NCBI GenBank assembly: GCA_043756865.1
Contig: JAYUQG010000024.1
Location: 91,259 to 155,258, forward strand
DNA from: a bacterium
Lineage (GTDB): Bacteria; Patescibacteriota; Minisyncoccia; Phycocordibacterales; UBA6899
Reading direction: 5' to 3'
Length of the DNA stretch: 64,000 nucleotides
Position numbers and translations under genes: made by a program. Below are positions 30,151 through 38,614 of the stretch, piece after piece. The notes under the pieces are model-generated. The model saw only the letters and a program-made list of their open reading frames with translations. It made no database searches and was not told the DNA's origin. How positions within the stretch are numbered: the first letter of the stretch is position 1; each line of letters opens with the position of its first letter.

Positions 30151-32034
30151 ATGACACAAGACACCGCACTTACAATTATGAAAACCGGGGCAAATATTTT
30201 CCTCACTGGTGAGCCGGGGTCTGGAAAAACACATACCGTGAACGCATATGTGCGGTACCTGAAGGAGCATGGTATTCAACCTTCCATCACTGCGTCGACG
30301 GGGATTGCCGCAACACATGTCGGAGGTATGACGATTCACTCATGGAGCGGTATTGGGATACGTCGCGCACTCTCCGAATATGACCTTGATGCAATGGCCT
30401 CGAACGAGGGGCTGGTCCGCCGACTCGCGAAAGCCAAAGTGCTTATCATCGACGAAATCTCGATGCTTGATGGCACGGTGCTCGACATGGTCGACCAAGT
30501 CTCGCGCACGATAAGGATGAAACAAGAACCCTTTGGCGGGCTACAGGTGATTTTGGTGGGTGACTTCTTTCAGCTCCCGCCGATTGCAAAGCAAGGCGAA
30601 CGTGCGCAGTTTGCGTTTGATTCAAAGGCGTGGAAACTCGCCAATCCAATTATTTGCTATCTTTCTGAACAGCATCGCCAAGAAGACACGGCGTTTCTCT
30701 CGACCTTGGGTGCGATACGTCGCGGGGAATTGGAGGACAGTGTCTTTGAGTATATTGGTGAGCGTAACGTGGCACCGGGTGAACACCCACTCGATATTCC
30801 CCAACTGTACACACACAATATCGACGTCGACAAAAAGAACACCATAGAACTAGAAAAGCTCACCAGCGCACCTGTGGTCTTTCTGATGGAAACAAAGGGG
30901 AGTACGGGGCGGGTAGAACAGTTGGTAAAAGGATGCCTCTCGCCAGAGGAATTGGTCTTGAAGGAAGGTGCGTCTGTCATGTTTACCAAGAACAGCTTTG
31001 ATTCAGGTTATGTAAATGGCACACTCGGTACGGTCATCGGGTTTGATGCTGACAACGGATTTCCTATCGTGGAAACACGTGATGGCGATGAGATAACGGC
31101 GTTTCCGTCGGAGTGGGCAGTGGACGATAGTGGCAAGGTCCTCGCGACCATCACGCAAGTGCCACTACGACTCGCATGGGCTATCACGGTGCACAAAAGC
31201 CAAGGACTCTCGCTGGACGCGGCGGTCATGGACCTCTCACGTGCGTTTGAGTACGGTCAGGGGTATGTCGCACTCTCACGTGTTCGTGAATTCGCTGGTC
31301 TGCATATTCTTGGTATCAACCAGCGCGCGTTTGAGGTACATCCACTCGTCCTTGAACGCGATCAAGCATTCCGCGAACGCTCCGACGATGCAGAGCGTGG
31401 TTTTGAAGACATGCCACCGTCTGATCTCCTGGCACTCCACAATAATTTTATTACTGCTATGGGGGGAACGATTCATGCCGTCGCGCTTGATGAAGCGACA
31501 AAAGCCCCGAAGATTTCTACATATGAACAAACACTCGCACTGGTCGCAGACGGAAAAACTCTTGCAGAGATTATCGCACTTCGCGGGATGACCGAGGGTA
31601 CAATTGTGAAACATCTCGAAGAGCTCGCGCTTTCGGGCAATCTTCCGCCCCTCGAGATGGCACAATTCACAGGACTCGAGCAGCGTGGGCTCGACGATAT
31701 ACGGGAAGCCATCCTCGGCGTAGAAGGAGGTTACTTAAAGCCTATTTATGAAGCGCTCGATGAAGCCTATTCTTATGAAATGATTCGACTTGTGCGCTTA
31801 GCCACAGGCGCTCTGGCAAAGCGTAAAGAAGAGAGCACAGAGCAAAAAGTCGCTCGTAAAGAACCAGCCACTGCGAAGCCAGACAATCTTGGTGCCAAAT
31901 GGTCAACGGAAGAGGAGTCACGTCTGAGAGAAATGTTTCAATCGGGAATGAAGACTGCGCACATCGCCCGCGAGCTCAAGCGTCAATCGGGAGGTATCCG
32001 TGCGCGACTCAAGAAGCTCGGGTTGCTTGAATAG
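30151..32034 (+). CDS. PIF1/RecD-family ATP-dependent helicase with a C-terminal HTH domain
   Basis: Walker A GEPGSGKTH, AAA_30-like core (LIIDEISMLDG), UvrD_C-like region and C-terminal HTH_40-like segment. Confidence 0.75.
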   Translation: MTQDTALTIMKTGANIFLTGEPGSGKTHTVNAYVRYLKEHGIQPSITASTGIAATHVGGMTIHSWSGIGIRRALSEYDLDAMASNEGLVRRLAKAKVLIIDEISMLDGTVLDMVDQVSRTIRMKQEPFGGLQVILVGDFFQLPPIAKQGERAQFAFDSKAWKLANPIICYLSEQHRQEDTAFLSTLGAIRRGELEDSVFEYIGERNVAPGEHPLDIPQLYTHNIDVDKKNTIELEKLTSAPVVFLMETKGSTGRVEQLVKGCLSPEELVLKEGASVMFTKNSFDSGYVNGTLGTVIGFDADNGFPIVETRDGDEITAFPSEWAVDDSGKVLATITQVPLRLAWAITVHKSQGLSLDAAVMDLSRAFEYGQGYVALSRVREFAGLHILGINQRAFEVHPLVLERDQAFRERSDDAERGFEDMPPSDLLALHNNFITAMGGTIHAVALDEATKAPKISTYEQTLALVADGKTLAEIIALRGMTEGTIVKHLEELALSGNLPPLEMAQFTGLEQRGLDDIREAILGVEGGYLKPIYEALDEAYSYEMIRLVRLATGALAKRKEESTEQKVARKEPATAKPDNLGAKWSTEEESRLREMFQSGMKTAHIARELKRQSGGIRARLKKLGLLE

Positions 32035-32043
32035 CTATCCCGA

Positions 32044-32158
32044 GTTATGCACACCCACCCCTTGCGTAATTCTACACAGGGTGTATATTTCATTCATCGA
32101 GACGATACGTCGTCTCAATTTAACAAAGCCTGTCACCCGACGGGCTTTTTTACGCCTC
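32044..32158 (+). repeat. Direct repeat R (~115 bp) holding a promoter-like element, an 18-nt hairpin and an intrinsic terminator; left copy
   Basis: About 95% identical to 33721-33837. ttgcgt, 16 nt, (tgt)atattt. Hairpin gagacgatacgtcgtctc. Terminator agcctgtcacccgacgggctttttt. Confidence 0.7.
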
Positions 32159-32178
32159 GATAAAGTATTAAGTATTTC

Positions 32179-32226
32179 AGCGCGAAGCGCAGAGATAGTG
32201 AGTCCTCGAGCGACAACGCCAAATAG
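32179..32226 (+). repeat. Direct repeat X (48 nt), left copy
   Basis: agcgcgaagcgcagagatagtgagtcctcgagcgacaacgccaaatag matches 33666-33712 at roughly 80%. Confidence 0.6.
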
Positions 32227-32262
32227 AAAGAAAAAACCGCCTTTTAGAGGCGGTCTGGTTTT

Positions 32263-33591
32263 TTAAGCTACTTCGTCGATTTTCTCAAGCGGGCGATCAT
32301 TGATTGCACGTTCAAGTGAACTCAAACGTTTGTAGATTGAGAGCATTTCGACAATAGTCGGCCAATTGAGGACCAAATATTGAAAAGAACTTTCTACTCT
32401 TCCGAATGCGCGCACAATCTGCTGCATGACTCCAAGGGTGAATCCTGCAAGTATCGCCTCTTTGGAAAGCAGGGTTGGTGCGAGTGCGATGTAGGGAACG
32501 AGTGCACCCGCCTGTAGATAGCTATACCGCACCATGTTGAAGTACATGTAGTGAAAGTACATCCGAAAGTAGTTTGTTCTCACGTGACCAAACAGCTCAC
32601 GCAATGTCTTCGGTTGTGCCCGAGTTTCGTCCTCTTCGCCGAATACTAGCTCCTTGCGGTAAGCGTGCTCCACTCGTTGGTTGTGGAATTTCAATGTCGG
32701 CAGATAATAACCCGTCAGTGCGAGCACAATCGTACCGAAAACAGACCAGCAGACTGCAATAATCACCAATCCATGGGCGATCGGTCCGATGACGGGTATC
32801 TCCGAGACAAACTTCGTCGAGAGCATCCAAAGAATCGGCAAGAACGCAATGAGCGTCATCACCGCATCAAGCAGTCCCGCACCCAATCCTTCCATGATGT
32901 CTGCAAAACGCATCGTGTCGTCTTGAATACGTTGGGACGCTCCTTCGATGTGACGGACTTTGCTCCATTTCCCAGTATAGTACTCGTTCATCGCGGTGCG
33001 CCACCGGAAGTTGTAGTGCTGGATGAAATAGTTTCCCAGCGTTCTCACAATCACAAACACCGCTGCAATGGTGAAAAAGGTGGCCAGACGTCCGTAGTAC
33101 TCAGTATTTTCGATAGTTCCGGGGTTCGCAAACATGGTTTGAATCATGTTGTAAAACCCACCGAACCATTCGTTAATCATGACATCGAGTTGCACCTGAA
33201 ACCACGTGAAAAAGATAATCACAGCGGAACCAAGAAGCGACCACTTCAGCCATTTGTGTGAACTACAGAAGTACCAGCAGGCAATAAATATTCCGTAGCA
33301 AGGGATGAGGAATTGGTATGCCCAAAAAGTCACCGCGCTTCCGAGCGCACTTATCTGGGATTGCACCAACTTTACTCGCTCGGGGTCTGTCTTTGCACCG
33401 AATCGCGCCGCTTCCTTTTGTAGCGTTTCGAGTAATCCGTAGTCGAGTTGAGCAAAGCCGAACCATTGACCAACGGAATACATTTGACCTGTTTGCTCTC
33501 CTAATGTGAACCAAAACACCAAGCAGGCAAGTGCCCATATCACAAATGAGCCAAAGAAGAGGAGCGGCCTCGGAAAGAAGGAATTAAACAT
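32263..33591 (-). CDS. sbmA: SbmA/BacA-family peptide (microcin/antimicrobial peptide) transporter
   Basis: 442 aa, collinear with enterobacterial SbmA along its whole length by eye: MF.SFFP, RWRTAMNEYY, HIEGA.QR.Q.DTMRFA, NQRVE.AYRKELV.GE.D.TRA, FHYMYFN, SIYKRL. Confidence 0.85.
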   Translation of the reverse strand: MFNSFFPRPLLFFGSFVIWALACLVFWFTLGEQTGQMYSVGQWFGFAQLDYGLLETLQKEAARFGAKTDPERVKLVQSQISALGSAVTFWAYQFLIPCYGIFIACWYFCSSHKWLKWSLLGSAVIIFFTWFQVQLDVMINEWFGGFYNMIQTMFANPGTIENTEYYGRLATFFTIAAVFVIVRTLGNYFIQHYNFRWRTAMNEYYTGKWSKVRHIEGASQRIQDDTMRFADIMEGLGAGLLDAVMTLIAFLPILWMLSTKFVSEIPVIGPIAHGLVIIAVCWSVFGTIVLALTGYYLPTLKFHNQRVEHAYRKELVFGEEDETRAQPKTLRELFGHVRTNYFRMYFHYMYFNMVRYSYLQAGALVPYIALAPTLLSKEAILAGFTLGVMQQIVRAFGRVESSFQYLVLNWPTIVEMLSIYKRLSSLERAINDRPLEKIDEVA

Positions 33592-33665
33592 TGGGGGACC
33601 CCTTTTGTGTCGAGAACTTTGTCTGTCAAAAGTCTAAAGGAAGGCGCAAATATAGCAACTGCATT

Positions 33666-33712
33666 AAGCGCGAAGCACCCGGATAGTGAGTCCGCGAGCG
33701 GTAACGTCAAAT
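33666..33712 (+). repeat. Direct repeat X', right copy
   Basis: agcgcgaagcacccggatagtgagtccgcgagcggtaacgtcaaatag. Confidence 0.6.
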
Positions 33713-33720
33713 AGCCCCCA

Positions 33721-33837
33721 AGTTATCCACACCCACCCCTTGCGTAATTCTACACAGGGTGTATATTTCATTCATCGAGACGATACGTCGTCTCAATTTA
33801 ACAAAGCCCGTCTCTGACGGGCTTTTTTACGTCTCCA
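33721..33837 (+). repeat. Direct repeat R', right copy (promoter-like element, hairpin, terminator)
   Basis: Near-identical to 32044-32158, including gagacgatacgtcgtctc and agcccgtctctgacgggcttttttacg. Confidence 0.7.
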
Positions 33838-33901
33838 CAACCGCCACAGCTTTTTCAAGAAAAAAACCGCCAACTGTTGATGGCGGTTTATTGTGTTTCT
33901 G

Positions 33902-34621
33902 CTATTTACGCAGTTTGCGAATGAGCGGTTTCACGAGTATGAGGGTGATGTTGAGTGCAATCAGGCAAAGCCACAATCCAAATAGGTATTTCATGGCTGT
34001 GAAAAACCAGTCATGTTCAGTCCAGATTTCTTTGAGCGTGAACACGAAGTAGTCTGGGTCATGCCACGCGAATGCGACGATTGCTGCCACAAAAAGTGAG
34101 GTGAGGATGATTTGCCCTCGTGGTTCCTCCACAAGCCACGCGCCGATGCGCTCGAGACGATTCGTGATTTTGCTCCACCCCTCCGCCGTTCGTACGGCGA
34201 TGGGTGTCCAGAATGCACGGAGTGCTTCGTGAATTGGATCCCATGCCATATGCCAAATCTTGGTGACCCAACTTGCGGTAGCATTCCACATGCGGGCAAG
34301 TCTGTCGCCGAGTCTCAGCACGCTCACGATGGCCACTATGGTGAGGGCGACCTGACCCAAGATTGCAAAGGGAAGTCCCACAATAAGGAGCGGAATACCC
34401 CACCATGCACCTGCAGAAATTCGTTCAACAAATGCACTGCCGAGCAGTAGCGCAAAAGAGAGAATCGCCACTCCCCATGCAGGTAAGAGTGGCATTTCAT
34501 GGCGGAGCCAAAATTTGAGCCCCACAAACAGGTGGAAGTAATAAGCAATTCCTGATTTCTCGGGAACTGATTCATGCCTTGCGAGGTACGGACGCTCAAA
34601 GAAAAACCGTGCAATGTTCAT
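33902..34621 (-). CDS. Hypothetical membrane protein
   Basis: 239 aa with several TM helices. No motif recognised. Confidence 0.5.
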   Translation of the reverse strand: MNIARFFFERPYLARHESVPEKSGIAYYFHLFVGLKFWLRHEMPLLPAWGVAILSFALLLGSAFVERISAGAWWGIPLLIVGLPFAILGQVALTIVAIVSVLRLGDRLARMWNATASWVTKIWHMAWDPIHEALRAFWTPIAVRTAEGWSKITNRLERIGAWLVEEPRGQIILTSLFVAAIVAFAWHDPDYFVFTLKEIWTEHDWFFTAMKYLFGLWLCLIALNITLILVKPLIRKLRK

Positions 34622-34758
34622 GTGATGAACCCCTTTTTATCTTTCTGCAAACTACAACGATAAATGGTTATTGTAAAGAGCTTGTCGTCATGTGGTGTAT
34701 TGCACTCTCCGCCCCCACCCCGTATCATTTGCACCAGCATGTACAGCGGGAAAAGGTA

Positions 34759-35055
34759 ATGGGCAAAATGGATACATGGCGTATGACCGAAACAGGCACG
34801 GTCGGAGAATGGATACAGGCACCCAATGGTGAATTTGTGGGGACTATTGTCTCCGACTGTGGCGATGTGTACATCGCAGGAAGCAAGGACTGCCCTGATC
34901 CCTACGATGGCGCGCTCATTACCAAAGGCACGCGCGTGCGCTTCGTCCCCGAGCAAAAGGGGAACAAGGTGAAAGACATGGACACGGGTGTTCCGTACTC
35001 TTGGGGCGTCGCTCGAGAAATCGCGATTGTTCCTAAAACACTCAAGCACCGTTAG
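34759..35055 (+). CDS. Small hypothetical protein
   Basis: The internal ATG with an upstream AAGG gives 98 aa (MGKMDTWRMTETGTVGEWIQ..). The longer ORF from 34579 has an implausible Cys-rich N-terminus. Confidence 0.4.
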   Translation: MGKMDTWRMTETGTVGEWIQAPNGEFVGTIVSDCGDVYIAGSKDCPDPYDGALITKGTRVRFVPEQKGNKVKDMDTGVPYSWGVAREIAIVPKTLKHR

Positions 35056-35396
35056 CGGTGCTTTTTCTTTGCACCGCTAATTTCCGCGGACTCACGCACC
35101 CAGGCGTCGATTTGCTCGCGGTCAGTCATGATTTCTTCGGGGACTTCCCAGTAGCTCATGGCTACCTTCTTTTGGTCTTTGCTTGAATATGCAAACGGGG
35201 CGCTGCCTAGCGTTTCATAGTGAGCACGGTTTGTCTCGTTCACCTTGAAATAAAGCGTGCTTTCGGCAATGATTCCAAAAATTATCCCGTCTAAGTACAG
35301 CCCATAGCCGCCAAACATGGATTTGGAGGTAATGCCACGAATGCGCCCTAAGACATCATGCACCACATAGTCGTGGAACTCACTCGATTTTTTCAT
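35052..35396 (-). CDS. TfoX N-terminal domain protein (TfoX/Sxy competence-regulator family)
   Basis: VLGRIRGITSKSMFGGYGLYLDGIIFGIIAESTLYFKVNE..APFAY..MSYWEVPEEI matches the TfoX_N pattern. Confidence 0.7.
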   Translation of the reverse strand: MKKSSEFHDYVVHDVLGRIRGITSKSMFGGYGLYLDGIIFGIIAESTLYFKVNETNRAHYETLGSAPFAYSSKDQKKVAMSYWEVPEEIMTDREQIDAWVRESAEISGAKKKHR

Positions 35397-35848
35397 GGAC
35401 GTGGTTTGTGCAATGCTTCTTGCTCAGTCTTAAAACGAAACCATACTTTTCTCCAGTACTGGTAAGTGAGAAAAATAAAGACTCCTGCTAAGGCCGACCA
35501 TGCTCCAAGCAGAAAAAAGTAGGCACACCAGAAAAGTTCTTTGATATAAAAATATTTGATGAGTTTTGGGTAGCAACTCACCTCCGCCTGTGTGGCGTCG
35601 GGGTACTTTCTGCGCTGCGCTTCTTCTAGACTGTTTGCCACTGATGCGTGCATCCAAGAAAAGAATACCGCACAGACACCGAGATATTCGATCCAACCCT
35701 TGTTTGAAATATACGCAGTAGTAAGCAATACGAAAGCCACAATAATGGATTCAACTTGCCACGTATGCATGCCCGTCAGCTTCTGTATGCGCACCATACC
35801 GAGGCAAAAGAGGTTTTTCATAGTGCAAATTGTAACATGGACAGACAT
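35393..35848 (-). CDS. Hypothetical membrane protein
   Basis: 151 aa with three or four TM helices. Overlaps the downstream gene by 4 nt, suggesting an operon. Confidence 0.45.
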   Translation of the reverse strand: MSVHVTICTMKNLFCLGMVRIQKLTGMHTWQVESIIVAFVLLTTAYISNKGWIEYLGVCAVFFSWMHASVANSLEEAQRRKYPDATQAEVSCYPKLIKYFYIKELFWCAYFFLLGAWSALAGVFIFLTYQYWRKVWFRFKTEQEALHKPRP

Positions 35849-35918
35849 GGGGGTAATACCTTGAAAAATAGACGCATTTGGCTATACTGCGTAGGTTAGT
35901 TGGATTGATATAACATAT

Positions 35919-35989
35919 TGCGGGTTCGTCTAATGGTAGGACGTTACCCTCTGGAGGTAAATATTGGGGTTCGAGTCCCTGACCCGCAG
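35919..35989 (+). tRNA. tRNA-Gln (anticodon CTG)
   Basis: TGCGGGTTCGTCTAATGGTAGGACGTTACCCTCTGGAGGTAAATATTGGGGTTCGAGTCCCTGACCCGCAG. U1-A72 pair and anticodon loop CTCTGGA. Confidence 0.85.
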
Positions 35990-36057
35990 TTACCACACAA
36001 AAACACTCTGCCAAGAGTGTTTTTGTTTTGTGGTAACTCGCGGGTCAGGGACTCGAA
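35971..36057. repeat. 87-nt palindrome: tRNA-Gln 3' end, a 20-bp hairpin, and an inverted copy of the tRNA 3' end
   Basis: tcgagtccctgacccgcag..ttaccacacaaaaacactctgccaagagtgtttttgttttgtggtaa..ctcgcgggtcagggactcgaa. Confidence 0.7.
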
Positions 36058-36152
36058 ATGCGTAAGGTGGTATACAAGACGAGCGAAGCGAGTGCTTGTC
36101 ACCGAGCCGGGGTCGAGAGCACTTTGTAGTTCGGTGGCCTTGCGCCGAAATA

Positions 36153-36186
36153 CTTAGTGACTCGTGACCGAGTCCCTGACCCGCAG
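36153..36186 (+). repeat. att-like direct repeat of the tRNA-Gln 3' end (18 of 19 nt identical)
   Basis: cttagtgactcgtgaccgagtccctgacccgcag, compared with the tRNA 3' end tcgagtccctgacccgcag. Confidence 0.6.
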
Positions 36187-36221
36187 CAATGTCGCAACGT
36201 CACCCTTTTTGGGTGATTTTG

Positions 36222-36391
36222 CTATGGGTGAAAATTGTTTGTGAGGGTGATGTTTTTCTCCCCCCGCTCAATTATGCCAATATATGTGCGGTGCACCTCG
36301 GCGCGCTCTGTGAGTTTTTCTTGGGAAAGCTCGCGTTTCAAGCGTTCCTCGCGGACTCGTTTGCCGAATTTGGTTAGCAACTGTTTATTCA
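36222..36391 (-). CDS. XRE-family (Cro/CI-type) HTH transcriptional regulator, 56 aa
   Basis: Below the 60-aa cutoff of the ORF track. The minus-strand translation reads MNKQLLTKFGKRVREERLKRELSQEKLTERAEVHRTYIGIIERGEKNITLTNNFHP, a canonical HTH_XRE. Divergent from the DUF2726 gene, with a palindrome gtaggaagttgcctac between them. Confidence 0.7.
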
Positions 36392-36452
36392 TATCTACAT
36401 GTACAGTGTAGGAAGTTGCCTACCATGGTTCTACATACTAAAGTTAGCAAAT

Positions 36453-37043
36453 ATGGACAATAATGCGGTGATATTTATACTAGTTGTTTTTGTTGTTTTT
36501 ATTGTGATGAAGATGTTTTTTCAAAAAAAGACACACACAAACACTCATTCAAAAAGCGGACTAATCCTTTCAATCATCTCGCTTTTGTTACCATTCGCGA
36601 AGGAGTTTTTAGAAAAGAGACAGGAGGAAAAGAAGTATATTACAGAAGACGCTCGATATAGTAAAAAACAATATTTCATGACGACCGCTGAGCATCATGT
36701 TTTCGACCAGTTGTTAAAAATAGCAGGGGAGAAATATCACGTCTTTCCGCAGGTGCACTACAGTAAAATTATGTACGCCGAGGGACAGCAGAATTTCCAT
36801 AATCCGTGGTTCAACAAGATAGACCGAAAGTCCGCAGACTTTGTACTTTTTGACAAGCACGACATTTCTCCTGTTTTGGTGATTGAGCATGACGATAAGA
36901 CTCATAATCGTAAAGACCGAATTGAAAGGGACGATTTTATTGACCACACACTTGAAAAAAGTGGAATTTCAATTGTGCATGTTCGACCATTCGCGACCGA
37001 AGAGGAACTGAAGAAACTACTCCAAGTAAAAATCAGTATATAA
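36453..37043 (+). CDS. DUF2726-like protein (PD-(D/E)xK nuclease-like fold) with an N-terminal TM segment
   Basis: Core FDQLLKIAGEKYHVFPQVHYSKIMY..ADFVLFDKHDISPVLVIEHDDKTHNRKDRIERDDFIDHTLEKSGISIVHV matches the DUF2726 pattern (..DF.. ..IELDD.SH....R..RD.F.D..L...GI.L.RI). Confidence 0.55.
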   Translation: MDNNAVIFILVVFVVFIVMKMFFQKKTHTNTHSKSGLILSIISLLLPFAKEFLEKRQEEKKYITEDARYSKKQYFMTTAEHHVFDQLLKIAGEKYHVFPQVHYSKIMYAEGQQNFHNPWFNKIDRKSADFVLFDKHDISPVLVIEHDDKTHNRKDRIERDDFIDHTLEKSGISIVHVRPFATEEELKKLLQVKISI

Positions 37044-37300
37044 GCTTGGATTGGCTTAAAATTGTTCCAACGTCGTCCCACACTCCCAGCAAATGGAAGC
37101 ACCCCTTGGGGGTGTTTTCATTTGCGGGAAAAAGTGCTCTGCAGCACTTTTGGCAGGGACTCGAAGCCGTTCTCCCCTATTTGTGAAGGATTCTTATCCT
37201 GAGTAAATGGAAAACGGGTACTGCCCCTGTAAGGGGAGAGTCTCTGACTCGGAAGACTGAGGCGAAACACTTGGCACATAAGCACTCCTGTGCGAATATG

Positions 37301-37331
37301 TTTAGTAACTAATGACCAGTCCCTGACCCGC
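37301..37331 (+). repeat. att-like partial repeat (agtccctgacccgc) with a flanking ttagtaact motif
   Basis: tttagtaactaatgaccagtccctgacccgc. 14 nt are identical to the tRNA-Gln 3' region. Confidence 0.5.
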
Positions 37332-37364
37332 TACTAAATTGAGTGAGGTTCGGTTCGCGAGAGT

Positions 37365-37790
37365 ATGATTATGACGCCAGAAAATTTAATAAACATAATA
37401 AGTATCGGAGGGGCACTACTAGGTGTTGTTGTTGGAGCACTCCTTAATCACTTTCTAGAAAAAGATAGAAATAAAGACTCTTTAATCTTAAATAAGAAAA
37501 TTGATATTTACTCCTCCCTGTTAGTTAAATTAAATACAGTATTTCAAGACAGTGAGAAAAATATTCTTAATGACCCACTCTTTGAAACAACAATCAGAAC
37601 AACCCTTGCACAATCATTGTCAGAAGCTCGCCTAATAGCTGATGCAAAATTAGAACAGAAACTCAGGGACTACTATGATGAAGCAGTGCTTTTTTGGGAG
37701 AATAAAAAGTACGACAACACCATGCCTAATTTAGTTATTGAGATTGAGCAGTTGATGCGAATTGAGCTAGGAAAAGAACGTCTGCATTAA
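37365..37790 (+). CDS. Hypothetical small membrane protein (one N-terminal TM plus helical region)
   Basis: 141 aa. A TM helix at 12-30 is followed by a charged helical segment. Confidence 0.45.
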   Translation: MIMTPENLINIISIGGALLGVVVGALLNHFLEKDRNKDSLILNKKIDIYSSLLVKLNTVFQDSEKNILNDPLFETTIRTTLAQSLSEARLIADAKLEQKLRDYYDEAVLFWENKKYDNTMPNLVIEIEQLMRIELGKERLH

Positions 37791-37915
37791 TCATTTTGCT
37801 GAGCGCCGAAATGACTTCTTTCAAATCGCCTTATATATCATTATTGGCTTAATGGGGGAAAGTAGGACGCAGGGGGCTGCGGTAAAACCACGAAGTGAAA
37901 AGAAGTATCGATCCA

Positions 37916-38614
37916 ATGAAAAACGAAAAAATTAACTCAAAAATCATCGCTCTGTGGAACAAGTATTTTCAGAATGACACTGAGGTGTACGCACCGATGT
38001 TCTACGATGACTTCAAGCGGGGCGGGTTATTGTTTGTCGGCATGAACCCGTCATTTAGCGAGCGAGGATTCAAGACGATCTTGAAAGGCACAAAGTATGA
38101 GAAGATTGACCCCACTTCGTTTTTCAGGTGGAGTAATATTTCCTCAAACCCTGATCTTATCAGCGACTGTATTGCGGTCGAGACCCATGCGTACGAGAAT
38201 TACAAACCCTTCTTTGCTCGTCCTGTTGCGATCGCAAAAGAAGTCGGGCTTGATTGGCAACACATTGATCTATTTCTTTATAAAGAAACATCGCAGGCAG
38301 ATTTCAAGAAACGCATTAAGGATGGTGACTTGCTGAATCAATTTGCACTCGAGCAAATCGCGCTCTTTGAGGAGGTGCTCCTTGCGATTGAGCCGAAGTG
38401 CATCATCGTTGCGAACGCATTCGGCTCCGAGCTTCTCCGTGAACACATCAAGAATGACCTCTTGTGGGATAAAGAGCGGGGATTTCACTGGTTCACCAAA
38501 GGAGGACGAAAGATTCCCATGCTCTTTTCCTCCATGCTTAGTGGGCAAAGAGCACTTGATCGGTGGTCGTATGAACGCTTGAAATGGCACGTTGGGCAGG
38601 CGGTAAAATCATGA
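37916..38614 (+). CDS. Hypothetical protein, possibly a divergent uracil-DNA glycosylase superfamily member
   Basis: LLFVGMNPSFSE resembles UDG motif A (GMNPG in SMUG, GINPG in MUG). C-terminal PMLFSSMLSGQRA resembles motif B (HPSP/MPSSSAR). By-eye similarity only. Confidence 0.3.
   Translation: MKNEKINSKIIALWNKYFQNDTEVYAPMFYDDFKRGGLLFVGMNPSFSERGFKTILKGTKYEKIDPTSFFRWSNISSNPDLISDCIAVETHAYENYKPFFARPVAIAKEVGLDWQHIDLFLYKETSQADFKKRIKDGDLLNQFALEQIALFEEVLLAIEPKCIIVANAFGSELLREHIKNDLLWDKERGFHWFTKGGRKIPMLFSSMLSGQRALDRWSYERLKWHVGQAVKS

Noticed and set aside
32000-32266. ORFs 32000..32266 and 33759..34052 encoding MYISFIETIRRLNLTKPV...
   Set aside because: They run straight through the repeat R hairpin and terminator and have no RBS. 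They are read as artefacts of the repeated noncoding unit.
34618-35049. 143-aa minus-strand ORF antisense to the small gene at 34759..35055
   Set aside because: It has no RBS or motif and would overlap the TfoX_N gene's C-terminus on the same strand.
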